The notes under the pieces were generated by a model. The model was not told where the DNA came from, did no database searches, and was given only the letters and a program-made list of their open reading frames with translations. The translations under genes were made by a program, and so were the position numbers. DNA of 64,000 nt from Macrostomum lignano (lineage: Eukaryota). The DNA lies in the NCBI GenBank assembly GCA_002269645.1, contig NIVC01001156.1, forward strand, positions 124,001-188,000, read 5' to 3'. Shown here piece after piece: positions 13,156 through 25,567 of the stretch (position 1 is the stretch's first letter; each line of letters opens with the position of its first letter).

Positions 13156-14419
13156 TTCCAGGTATCAAGTTGTGTGGAGTTTGGGGTGAAGAATAGAGCA
13201 TGGTTCTATTCGTTTCATATAGCCTCCAGCTGTGCTCCTGTCTGGTTGCGCAAGAAATTGTCTGTACTCATTGTACAGTGAGCAGTGAGCAATGACACAA
13301 TCGTTTAAATTTACTGTACGCCTACCCCTGCCATCCATGCTGCAGAAGCGGACAACTCAAAGCAAGGAGTTGTGAGTGTTTATGTGAATGGGGTGCATTT
13401 CGGTTTCGTTTGCCATGCATAAAATTGAAATTTATATTGTCCTTTCTAGTTCTAATGAATAGAACCAAATAAAATCACTATTAGAGTCCGCCAGGAGCGG
13501 CGGACTTTCGGATAGTAGAGCTGCGCACGGATAGTAGCGTTCGCAATCAGCTGGTAGCGGCGGCGAACAGCTATTAGTTTGAAGCACGGAGCTATTTGCG
13601 GAAATGTGAACCAGGCTTTAGCAGCTGTCATCATTGTTTTCTACCCCAAGAAATTTAATCGTCTTCTCTTGAATTTTTTCAAACAACCTCACATCGTCTT
13701 GCGTAGGTATACATAGTTAAGCAGTTTAACAAGAAACCGTTTACAGGTTATGGTGTGACACTATATATTTTGAATTTTTATGACCTTTTTTGGACAGTCT
13801 ACATCCATGTACATGATATTGCCTCTAAAATTTGCATTTATTAATATACTGTATACATCGGTATAATTTTTATAACGTTTATAGATGAGACATGAGTCAA
13901 AAAAACAAAATCCCATTTACATGAATATGTAGAATATGTACATATAGACATTGTGCATATGGCTTTTCAATGCGCGGTTGTACATTGACTCCAAGTATTT
14001 GATTGTCTATAACATTCGAGCTGTCTGACGCGCAGATTCATAACGTAATATCGGGCTTTTCAAACTGTGAGCTACATGTACATGTATGTACACTAATTTA
14101 TAAGTTCACCTGCTCTTCACGTGCCTATTCTCGCTACATAAATCTAATAAATCTGAGTTCATTGAGACTCAACACATTTACATGCATACACTTAATTGTA
14201 TAACTCGAAGAAAAAACATAACTTCCGAAGCTGTTTCGGTATACACGCTGTATGCCTGGGTTCGGTGGCCCTCATTTAAGCAATTTGTTTTTATAGTTTC
14301 AACATTTTTATTTAAGTACATGTATATATATATACATGTACGTGTAGCCCGCGTATACTGAACGCCTGGTTGCTGGCCGTAAATTAGCTGTAACCAAATA
14401 CTTTTTATTGGGTCGGAGG

Positions 14420-17400
14420 ACCACGCCTTTTAAGGCGCAATTTCACTGACACGCACCAAAGCATCAGAGGCGCCAGAACTATAGAAGCGCCCAGTGGGCT
14501 GTCTTACAGTACGTGTACTAGCTAGTACGTCCGTACATGCACCCTTTGCAACATTTCTACAATTGGTGCTGCCAAAGCTGCTGGTGCGGACCTCTGCTCG
14601 TGTGGAAGCTCTCACGGCCATGGAGGGATCCAAAGCAGGGGGGGGAGTGCTGGCCAAACAACCAAAGCGCACTTATGCGGCTATGGCCAAGAGGCAGCCG
14701 GCCCTGATCATCCAAGGCCGGGAGACGCCTCTTACGGCCGAACAGCTCAACCTTATCTGGCGCAGGTTGGACTCCCACCTGGTCAAGATGGCCTTGAGCG
14801 GTACCGCTATTCAAGTCCAAAAGACGAAATTCGAGGACCAAGCCCTTCATATCCAGCCCGCCGACAGCCAGTCTAGGCAACAGCTCCTCGAGCTGCTGAA
14901 AGCCTTCGGCTGGACATCATGCTCTCACCAGCTCTTTCCCACGTGCCGCACCGCAGCTAGGCCCACTGGACCACTCTCCGGGCGGACAGATCTTGGCTTC
15001 GACCATCATTACTAGAGAGAGGACGGCTCGCTCCGCAAAATCATTCTCTCCTTTCAAGTAAACGGGACCTGACAAGATTTATCCTGCCTTCCTTCATGAG
15101 GCAGTTAAAAATGGCCTCCTCTGCAACCTCTTCAAGGCCAGCATTACCCTCGGGTACGTGCCAAAAGCCTGGCAAGAGGCCACGGTAGTCTTCATACCCA
15201 AACCAGGGAAGGGAGACTATCACTCTGCCAAAGCTTACCGCCCTATCAGTCTGAGACGTCTTTCTTTTTCAAACTGATGAAACAGCTGGTGCTCTGGCGC
15301 CTCCTCGTAGAGCTGAGGAACTCCCCGCTCTCCCCTAATCAGCACGCCTTTCGTCCTGGACGTTCCATCGAAAGTGCGCTTCACGCCATTGTCGACAAGC
15401 TGGAGCGCGCCGTGCTTGGCAGTGGATACGCGCTGTCGCTTTTCCTCGACTTTGATGGTGTGTTCAATAATGTGCTCTTTGAAGCCTTTAAGCGGGCCCC
15501 GGAATCCCAGGGCACGCATGAGCACCTTACCCGCTGGATCATGTACATGGTCTCCCATCGTACTGCCACCTCGCACCTCCTTGGGAGACTCACGCTCCGT
15601 GGAAGTCCAGAAAGGCGGACCGCAAGGTGGAGTCCTCAGCCTGATTCTCTGGAATTTAGTCATAGACGAGCTGCTTTGCAGCCCGCATCCGGACCCTGTT
15701 CAGAAGGTCGGCTATGCGGACGATGTTACCGCCACTGTGGCTGGACCATCACCCGCGGTCCTCAGGGACCTCCTTCAAGCCTTCATCCACCGCGCACATA
15801 GCTGCAGTCTCAGGTTCTCTGAGTCTAAAACCGTGGCAATCATGTTCACCAGCCGCCGAAACTGGAGGATTGAACCGCTCTCCCTCAATGACAAACCCGT
15901 TGCCATGGAGAAACAAACCAGATGTCTGGGCGTCACCCTCGACCACAGGTTGAGCTGAACCCCGCACGTCCAAACCAAAGCCCGCAAAGCTCTCGCGACT
16001 CTCGCGCTGATCCGCAGAGCTTTCGGCGCTACCTGGGGCCTCACCCCCGCCGCCTCTGGTGGATTTACACTGCCATTGTTAGACCGGCCATCTCCTTCTC
16101 CGGCTTCATTTGGAACAGTGCCCTAGAGGTGAAAGGGGTTTTTGAGGTTCTAAATAGGGTGCAAGGCCGCACTTGTCGAGCTATCATGAGCGCGGCTCCC
16201 TCTACGCCCTTCGCTGGCATGAACTCCTTCTTGGACATTCCCCCCTCGACCTCTTTGTTAGAGGGGAGGCAATGAAAACCACCCGCCGTCTGCTTGACGC
16301 GGATATCCAGAAGCAGTTCACCTTCAGAAAGCGGAACCTCCGGCCGCATGGCGACCTCAGCCTGCGAGACCTGGAAGCAGCGAGAGGCCTACTGACCCTC
16401 TCGGACGGAATCCCGTCCACGCTCTGCGCATGCCCTCCGCTCAAATTCAAAACCAGCATTCCACCACGTCCATTCCAGAAAGAGACAACTGGAAACCCCA
16501 TGAAATCCACTGCTTCATTGACGGGTCCCAAATCAACTCCTCCTCTGGCTACGGCTACGGCATCGTGTCTGGAGGGAGAACTGTGGCGACCTTCTCTCAA
16601 CACACCGGCACCTGCTTCACCGTCTTCCAGAACGAAGTTCTCGCCATTAGCTCCTGCACCATGGAGCTGTACAATCAACGCATCTGGGGGAAGGAGATTA
16701 CCCTCCACTCGGACAGTCAAGCGGCGATTCACGCCCTTGAGCGCACCACCACCTGCTCGCGTACAGTCCTCGACTGCATCGGGCAGCTCAACCGCTTAGG
16801 CGCCTCTAACAAGGTGTCCCTAAGGTGGATCCCTGGGCATTCGGGCCACCCCGGCAACGAGTTTTGGCCGATTGCCTGGCCAACTCCCTGGCTTCTAAGC
16901 ACAGGGAGAGGTGGGCTAACGCCCCGACTGCCGGCAATCCCGCGCGGCTGTCCCCTGTCCTTCCTCCGCCCTGCGCAGGGCCCTGCTTGGACTCAACCGC
17001 AGGGACCTCACGGTGACCATGGCCCTCTCGGGTCATGGCTGTTTTGCCAGGCATCGTCACCTCCAGGGAAAAAATCGCAGTGAGGAATGCCCATTCTCCC
17101 TCTCCAGTGTCGAGAATGCGGAGCACTTTATCTGTGAATGCCCCGCCTTTACTCAGGACAGGCTCACCTACCTCGGCCCAAACCCGGACCTCTCCGACGT
17201 TTTCAGGCCCGAGAATCTCTGCCAGCTCTTCCGCTACCTAAGGGCTACAGGCGAGCGACAATCCACCTCCTGGACTCTCCGGAGGGGGACCGAGCTGTGG
17301 ACACCGGCACCACCGGAACTCCCTGCATGACACCGCAGCACTATAGCTGCCCGTGGTCTCCAGGGGTTAGCGAAATGCGCGGCAACGCCTCCTCGCTGTT

Positions 17401-17445
17401 TCCGGACGCACGGAGCCCGGTTGCAGCTAAGTCAAGCTAAGTCAA
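14420..17445 (+). mobile_element. Non-LTR retrotransposon (LOA/R1-like, with RNase H); degenerate, endonuclease region deleted
   Basis: ORF1 N-terminus (RTYAAMAK...LIWRRLDSHL, DUF4780-like) at ~14617-14905. RT at ~15005-15960: GPDKIYP, VVFIPKPGK, YRPISL, LFLDFDGVFNNV, PQGGVLS, GYADDV. RNase H at ~16490-16870: FIDGS, VFQNEVLAI, SDSQAA, WIPGHSGHPGNE. C-terminal CCHC ([11 protein letters not shown]). 3' tail GCTAAGTCAA x2 at 17426-17445. Many frameshifts; 5' boundary approximate. Confidence 0.9.
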
Positions 17446-17687
17446 CATTTCTAAAATTGCCGACATATTCGAAGTGCTCGATGGCAAATGGCAAATAAAA
17501 ATAATTGCAAATTTTTTTTGTATCTCAGCATGGCTTTTAACAATAGGTCGAATTACTGAGCCATTTTTCCGCGGCCGTCAAACACTCAAGATAACGGATT
17601 TCTTTGCCGCACTGAAACGATCGAAGTGACATATGTGACAATACACACAAAATTTAGGAACACTGGCTAAACTCCCTTTAGTGCTAG

Positions 17688-17881
17688 CAGTAGCGCAGCC
17701 AGGGAGGGAGGAGCCGGGGAGCCTGCCCCTCGCAATTATTTACCCCCCTCCCCCAAAAAAATTCCGGAGAAAAATTACTCCTCTTCCTGAATTAGTTCCA
17801 GAGAAAAATCCCCGCCCCCTATAACCCCTCCTCCGGTTGCTGAATGGGCCCTCCCGAAATAATTTCCTGGCTGCGCCACTG
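17688..17881. mobile_element. hAT-type MITE (194 bp)
   Basis: 16-bp TIRs CAGTAGCGCAGCCAGG / CCTGGCTGCGCCACTG (1 mismatch); 8-bp TSD AGTGCTAG / AGCGCTAG (7 of 8 match). Confidence 0.8.
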
Positions 17882-19971
17882 AGCGCTAGCGTATCGCGAC
17901 CGCATGCCTCGATCAGCTCGATCGATCTGACTTTATTGGTCACTTGTCTTTCACCCAGGCGGGAGCTTCCCGGATCCGGACGTCCAACAGGTGGCCCCAG
18001 ATGCGACTAATGGACACCATGAGGCGAATTTTATGTTGGCTGAACAAACTTCAACAAAGAACAAACCTCAACTATTAGAAGTTCTCAGCTATTAACTCTC
18101 TCGACGTCGGGGTGATGACGGTGTGACGGGGGACTTGTGGAAAACTTCATTGTTTTACTATCATTTTTACTATCAGTAGACTACTACGTAAGTGTATCAT
18201 ATTTTGTATGAATTCTGTGTACGAGTACATTCATTGAATCGGCTTTTATATGTCAGCAAGTGATGAATTTTTAACAAATCAATAATTTGCCCAGCGCCCA
18301 TCGTAACTCTCAGCCAATTACAATTCGCTGTATCATCTGTCGTTTTACATTAACTGTTCGTTTTTCGTCGCTACTCACAAACAAATAAAAAAAACTTGGC
18401 CAACTAAGCAAGCAAAATATATCAGTTCAATTGAATATTGGACTGCGCTATACTTTCATTTTTCTTCGGTCTTGTTCGGTCTTGTTCTGCCAAGGACTGC
18501 CAGATTAAATTCGTCACAACGGAATGCTTGAAATTAATATCCAAAATTTAACGTCCATACGCTGTACCCTGTACGTACCTTAAACTCTAGTTCTAGTAGC
18601 AAAAACAAATATATATTTTGCATAGTGGTTCTTGTTCTAGAATCAGAATCAAGAATATGTTAACTACTGTTTGTAGAATTCAGAGTAGATCCCATGAACC
18701 GTACTAAAATTTTGAAATGTCTACATTTAAACAAAAATTAAGGCTAATTTTAGCATGGTGACTTCATATATGTTATATTTGTACAAACGCTAAAAAGTAT
18801 CATTATGATTTATAGTTTGAATAGATTTTAATTTTTAGTTGAGCTCTCTCACCCCTCGAAAAAACTGTTTATTCCCTTTTAAATCTTATTCGCATGAGTC
18901 AGCTGTTGAACAAGGCTGTTTGATCCATGGGCTGTGGCGGCGAAGCGTTTCTTTGATTGAGAAGGGTTAGTGGTAGTTTCCCCAGCGAATTTTAGATTTA
19001 GAGCAAAACTTATGCTAAAATCACTCAAAAAGCATATAATTATATTTATTTGTATTTATGATGACAAGTTATATTTATTTTGGTATGCACTAGGACACTG
19101 GACAGTTTTAGCTGCTTAACTAGTACTTAGTAATTGTAGTTTTTACATATTATATATTAATAATAATATTAATCATGGTAAATATAAGAATACTTTTTGA
19201 AAGGCTAAATCATCCATTTTTCATTTAATAATATAACTTTTACTTTACTTATAACATAGCATAGACCTAGATATACATATTATGGTGTTGTATACATTAG
19301 ATAGTAATTATTATTTCTAGACTATAGTATACTTACACTTTGTAGTGTATTGTGTAAAATTTCTATGACAGTATTTAATGTTTTTACTTTTTATCCAGTA
19401 TAAAAGTGAACTATATAAATGAATTCAGGTGAATTTGCTCCTAAATATATGAGCTAACAAGATAAATTTGTTTTTATCATAGTAAAATAGTTCATTTAGT
19501 GTTATATAGAATACAATTATATTTTATTTGTTTAAACTATGTAATGAAAGATAATTTTTGTCAAATATAAAATTTCTGTGTAATAGCAATTATGCTTTTT
19601 AGAATATTTTTGTTAATTTATTGATAGAGTTGAGCACCCTAAATATGCTTGACATATTTTAATTTATGTTTAGAGCCAATCATGATTAAGAGCTAAGCAA
19701 GTAGTATAATACTATATATAATATATATAGAAACTATAAAACATGAACTTGTTGAATTTAGGATATTCAAGATTAATAAATGCTATATACAAAATATACT
19801 ACAAACTATAGCAGTATAAGTACTATTTTGAAGCATTTTATTCAAATATAGATGTTATTGGTGTCTGTAGTATATTTTTCCCATCCTTTTAAACTCAAAA
19901 AATAGTTGATAAGCTCTCAGAATATATAACTACAAAACTCATTCATTTAAGCATCTAGAGGACAGCTAAAA

Positions 19972-20098
19972 ATGAAGGTACAGGTTTTTGATATCATATT
20001 TGATGATGCAGATGTGAATCCAAATGCTGTCTATCGACCTGGCCAGTTTATCAAGTTTGTCATTCACCTAAACCTCCTGGAGCCAACCAAGTGTAAAG
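19972..20098 (+). CDS. ARRDC: Alpha-arrestin (arrestin domain-containing protein), coding exon 1
   Basis: MKVQVFDIIFDDADVNPNAVYRPGQFIKFVIHLNLLEPTKCK; GTAAG donor at 20099, phase 1. Confidence 0.8.
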
Positions 20099-21608
20099 GT
20101 AAGCTTTTTCGATAAATTTAATAAAATTTATCTATGTACATGTAGTAATAGTGATGAGCATTTCTTCTAGGTTGTACTATTTGTGATATAGTGTTCAAAT
20201 TTGTTTTATCCATGAATTTCCGGCAAAGGCAGTAAGAGTGGGTACAGAGTATAGTAGTCAAATACACAGGTTCTCGCAGGCCTGCGTTGTGCATGGGCAC
20301 GAGTGCTCACTATCTCCCTGAGTCTTGGGCTTCAGGATGCACCCATGTAGTCTCCCCGCGAATCGGGACGCGGTTGTGCAGGCTGCCTTCAGTAAGGCGT
20401 CAAGACGCACTGGCTGGCGTAGAGATGTAATACAGTATAGGAACGTCTAATTGAATCGGGGTTGTAGTTACTATAGTGAAAGGCCGTAGTGTGCTGGGAC
20501 GAAAGTTGAGTCCTGCAAGTTTATTTACGAGTATTTGCAAACGATGGATAGTTAATCACTGAACCACCAGTATGCACTGTACGCAAGGTTGATGTACATA
20601 TATATTGGATATCGCTTGAGCACTACAAGCATCAGGACCATACGGACCTTTCAACTTCCTGTGACAGTCGAATAAAAGAAGGCAATGATGAGCTGGATCT
20701 AGTCCTCGAAACCCGGCCTGCCGACTCAACCGATGTGTTCAGAAATTTCTTAAGATATAGTTAGCTAGTTGAAAAAAATTAAGCTCACGCGAGCGAGAGA
20801 ATGGGCAAGCGACACCGTGCTTAAATAAGTAAACCACAGCAACCATAGGAAAAGCAGGCTTAGAGCCCAACCCCCACCAGCCAATCACTGCGCAAAATAA
20901 GAGAAGAGTAAGCCAATCATCGCACAACAAGCAAGGTGACAATTAAGGGAGGGTTCAACAACACAAAAACAGATCTTAAACCAACCAGCTAAGGCATATC
21001 TCGCACGCATGCAGGGGTGATTCAAGTAAGCATAAAAAAACAGGAACGAGACGCATGGGGTGACTTAATCAGCAAACCTGGAGAACGGGGTGCAATTGTA
21101 CTGCAAGAGTGCCTGATTTAACAAAAAAATGGGACATACTTTGACTGTGAATGTAAACTAATCTTGACCAGCAATATTTTCTTGATTGTTTATGCATACT
21201 TTTTTGCAAATCAAATACCGGTAAACTATCTAGAAAATAAAATGTATGATGGATAAGGAAGAAACCCCATCCTTGACAGCAACTCCTCAAGTGTAGAAAG
21301 TAAATGTCCAGAATGGTTGGCGAAAGCAGTTCAGTTACGATGCATGCATGTTTAGTATGAAGCAAAACTTGAGACCTGGTGGACACCCTGAATACTCTTC
21401 ATCTCTTCCCTCACACTCCTTACTGCTCAGTCCTCCTTGCCTAGTAAGGTTTATATAAGTAGGAGGCGCTTTTACAAAGCGGATCTCATAAGCTATAGCT
21501 AGGTTTTATAATAGAAATAATATACATGCACGACAGAAATGAGTTTATGATGGAAAATCTGCTTCATCACAATTATCACTTGTATTAAAGTTGCTGAAAT
21601 TCGGTATC

Positions 21609-21890
21609 TATACTCTGCAACATTGAAAAGTGGCCACTCTATGCGCCAGTGAGCAATTTCTCTTGAACTTGAACTGAACTTGAAGCTGATCGGGGTAGCT
21701 TTAATCCGTCCAAGCCTCGCACACCGCTCCCCCCACTTCATTGCCTTAAACTCTGACTTCCGTTGAACCCTCCATTCCTCAGCTAAGTTGCGTCACTCGC
21801 TAAGATTGAGAGACTTTACCTGCACTCTCAAAAGTGGCGACCACAGACGGAATCTTCTATGTTTGCGACTTTTCGAGGTTGCTGAGTATA
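21609..21890. mobile_element. TA-flanked MITE (Tc1/mariner-like), ~280 bp, in arrestin intron 1
   Basis: Terminal inverted repeats TATACTCTGCAACATTGAAAAGT / ACTTTTCGAGGTTGCTGAGTATA (19 of 23 match). Confidence 0.6.
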
Positions 21891-22053
21891 CATGTAGCTC
21901 TAAAGTAAACGCTATTAACAACGGCAATTTGGACAACAGCAAAATAGCGTTACGTCTTTTATCTTTAGTATATTTTATATTGTATTTTTGCATTTTTACC
22001 CTATGAGCAACTTAATTAATTGTTTGTTTTGCTTATCTGCCTAAATCTTACAG

Positions 22054-22188
22054 CTGTGTACGTTAGGCTGTTTGGTGACTCAAGTGTGCACTGGACTGAG
22101 CAGGTGCAGTCAGGAGGCGATGATTCAAGTGAGACCGTGCACTACAGCTCACAAGAAAAGTACATCGATGAGACGGTGTACATTTACA
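22054..22188 (+). CDS. ARRDC: Alpha-arrestin exon 2
   Basis: TTACAG acceptor and GTAAGT donor; AVYVRLFGDSSVHWTE...HYSSQEKYIDETVYIY; phase 1 at both ends. Confidence 0.88.
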
Positions 22189-22437
22189 GTAAGTGGATTT
22201 TGCTGTTTTGAGCCATCACCTGCCCAATATGATGTATTTTCATTATATTACATGTATGTGTCATGTCACGTGACTCGTTAAATTGTATGTTTATTTTTAT
22301 GAAAAATCCCACAGTTTCGAGGCATAAATTAAGGCTTTGGCTTTTGTGCGAAAATCACACATATCGCTTTTATGGACTCTCATAAGTGCCTTTCGTTTTT
22401 ATATCCACTCATCCTCTACCACCACTACACCATTTTA

Positions 22438-24694
22438 CCCTCGCCTTTGAACAAATTCCGTTTCACTTTAGACAGTCGGAACTTCAGTTTAGACACTTTT
22501 AGTAGACTGGAGCCCCGAATCTACATTCACTATCGACAAACTCCGTTTCAGCATCGACAGCTAAGCTTTGTGGTGCTACAATTCTATCTATTTACATAGG
22601 CAAGTAAGGAAACGCACATCCAGATCTAGGCGAAACTCCCTTTCACTTTCGACAAACGCCACTTCTCCTTAAACACTTTATGGTCTAAGCTGCTGAAACT
22701 CCGTTTCACTTTAGTCAACCAACATTCAAGATAGACAAGATACATTCACTTTAGACATGAACTCACACGGGAGGTGTGCAAAGGTTTATTAAGCATGTTC
22801 ATGGAAATTTCCAAGGATAAAAACTTTCATTGTAACGGAAGATGGCGTGCAACGAGGATTTTTTATCAATAAACAGTTAGTTTGGTGGCCTAATTTAAAA
22901 GGCATTTGAGAATGCAGGACTTCCGAAAAATGTTTGTTTAACAGCGTCGTGATTAAAACGGCAAAGCCAGCAGATGCGCAGCGATAGATCTGCGATGGGT
23001 TCTGATTTCCATTAGCCATCAATTGGCTGAGACGCCTAGCACCGTGGCAGATACCTGAAGCAATGGCTGAGCCACCGTGCCACTTTCTCTGGAGTGATGC
23101 AGTTGGCGGTGCCGTCCACCTCATAGAGTATAATGTCTCGGCGGTACGCCGCCTGGCTGCGACCAGCAAGCTGCTGCTCGGTCAGCCTGATGAAGGAATC
23201 TTGGATCGCCGACAGTCGACGCTTCAGAGCCGCCTTCCAGCATGATATCGCGTTCTCAACTGGGGTGAGAAATGGACTGTAGGGTGGCAGTCGTCTCACT
23301 TCCACAGCGTCTTCGACCTCGTAGCTTTCGGCGTCATTTTGGCTGCTGACGTTGTCTATGACAACACTGATGCTGCTGTCCGGAAACACGCTGTGGAAGT
23401 TGGCGATTGTGATTGTGAGAAACTCGCCGAATCTCTCCTTTGTCATGCCGCTGTCGTATGACTGGAAGTGCACGATTCCAGCAGCCGGGGTTACTGCCAG
23501 GCAGACGGTGATGCGCTGTCCCTTCTGTCCAGAAACCTGTCGGTACACGCGCTGTCCCCGAAGAGATCGTCCATAGGATCGCCGAACCCATGTGTTGAAG
23601 CCAAACTCGTCAATAAAGATCTGATCTGATCAATGGCAAATCAATTGAGCAAATTGCTCACGAGCGGCTACAACCCTTGGCGAGTTGCGCTCAGCTGGAA
23701 GATCTCGTGCCAGCTTCGTTGTGAACAGTGCACCGTCGAGTTTTATGCTCAGTGTCTTTTCTGAGACATGCTGCTTCTCAGGAAAAGCTTGTCTGAGCAT
23801 GGTGTTCATCTCTTTCAGAGTCAGCAATGGATTCTGCTCCACGATTGCGCACAAATATTCTTGCATCTCACCATCCCACTTCACGTTCTTGGCTCCGCCG
23901 CACGAAAGCTTCTCCACTCGTCCACTCCTCACAATGGAATATGCGGTCGTTCTCTTGATGCAAATTTGAGAGGCCAGTAGGATAAAATCTTCGCCCTTCT
24001 GGTAAGCGGAGAGAATTGTCGCTGCCTGTCATGGTTGCTCACTGGCTGTTGCTGTTGCGCTGGAGCCTGCTCTTCAAAGTCGCTTTCACTTTCGTCTTCG
24101 TATCCAGGCTCCTCTTTTATGTACGAATCTTCACTGTCCTCCATCTTTTTCAGGGCTTGCTTTAGCGAATATCTTTAGCGAATAGGCTTCAGTGTTTGGA
24201 GCGAAGGGAGAGTAGGCTGAGACTTTGGTTCGGAAGTTCGGAAGGTCTGGCCGGCGACCCTGCCACCCCACACTGTTTAAAGGGGCGAAAAGGGTGTCTT
24301 AAAAGGTATCTATGGTCAAAACCCCTCTTTCAGCCAACACTAGGCGTAAAAAAATGACGCATCTAAGAATCTGTCTAAAGTGAATGTATCTTGTCTATCT
24401 TGAATGTTGGTTGACTAAAGTGAAACGGAGTTTCAGCAGCTTAGACCATAAAGTGTTTAAGGAGAAGTGGCGTTTGTCGAAAGTGAAAGGGAGTTTCGCC
24501 TAGATCTGGATGTGCGTTTCCTTACTTGCCTATGTAAATAGATAGAATTGTAGCACCACAAAGCTTAGCTGTCGATACTGAAACGGAGTTTGTCGATAGT
24601 GAATGTAGATTCGGGGCTCCAGTCTACTAAAAGTGTCTAAACTGAAGTTCCGACTGTCTAAAGTGAAACGGAATTTGTTCAAAGGCGAGGAGGG
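22438..24694 (-). mobile_element. IS630/Tc1/mariner-superfamily transposon with ~320-bp TIRs, in arrestin intron 2
   Basis: TIRs 22438-22757 and 24372-24694, nearly identical (one substitution and one 3-bp indel seen); TA TSD at 22436-22437 and 24695-24696. Confidence 0.95.
23036..24144 (-). pseudogene. Disrupted IS630/Tc1-like (DDE_3-type) transposase
   Basis: HTH region ILSAYQKGEDFILLASQICIKRTTAYSIV; IFIDEFGFN; VIDN; LPPYSPFLTPVENA. Frameshift near 24025 and in-frame TGA at 23630-23632. Confidence 0.9.
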
Positions 24695-25030
24695 TATTTG
24701 AGGATAGAATGGTGTATACTTAATGAGTTATTTCTAGGTAGCTATGTGACTTATTTTAGAAGAATTGGCTCAACCGATTCTTATGAAACTTGCACCGTCC
24801 GATCATACATCATAAATGACTCCGACCTAAATTACGTCATAGCACAATAGTTCAATGGCTTCTGGCAGCATAGCACAAGACTGCATTGCAGCTTAGAATT
24901 CAATAACAGTTAGTTTCCCATTTACAGTTTTCATCTAAAGCTTTTTTGAGCCATTTCCGAAATAGCCAAAATTTCTGTCCAGTTTGAGTTTTTCAATGAT
25001 TCCGTCGCCGTTCACAATAAACTTTCACAG

Positions 25031-25452
25031 CCCCCACAGACAACCATCACCCGGCTGGTGAATTTATCTATCCAGTTTCCTTTCAATTGCCGCCAACGGC
25101 TCCGGCATCCTTCGAAAGCAGCATAGGGAACATCCGTTACTACATCCAGGCGAGAATGGACCGGTCGTGGAATAAGAGCAATATGGCCAAGAAGTTTTTT
25201 ACTGTTATCCGCGATTTCGATTTGAATTTCTGTCGGCCGGAAGAAATCGGACCATACAACGCTACCGGAGAGTTTAATGTCACCTGTAATGCCTGTATCT
25301 GTTTTAATTGCAGCAGTTGCTACGGCAAAGTTCTAGTCCGCGTCGAGCTGCCTAAAAAGGCCTTCGTGCCAGGGGAGCACGTGCATGTTACTGGGGAGAT
25401 TTCCAATTTTAGCAAGACCGCCTTGCAGAGTGTTAAGCTGGAGATTTATCAG
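25031..25452 (+). CDS. ARRDC: Alpha-arrestin exon 3
   Basis: HPAGEFIYPVSFQLPPTAPASFESSIGNIRYYIQA...FTVI...LPKKAFVPGE; an alternative in-frame acceptor exists at 25040; donor GT at 25453. Confidence 0.9.
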
Positions 25453-25567
25453 GTACCAAGTTACATATTGCCTATACCGCCTTGGTTGCCTAAAGGCTGA
25501 CTGGTGACCTAAGTGGCTGAGGAGCAAGTTCAACACTAAACGTTTTGATTTCCATAAAATATTTTAG

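Larger units (their letters stand above)
10387..13617 (+). mobile_element. PIF/Harbinger DNA transposon, apparently complete (3231 bp)
   Basis: Perfect 28-bp TIRs AGCCTGGTTCACATTTCCGCAAATAGCT (10387-10414 and 13590-13617); TTA TSD at 10384-10386 and 13618-13620; two convergent intact ORFs. Confidence 0.97.

Noticed and set aside
20684-20712. Hammerhead-like TGATGA...GAAA
   Set aside because: Core reads ATGATGA rather than CTGANGA, and stems I and III could not be formed
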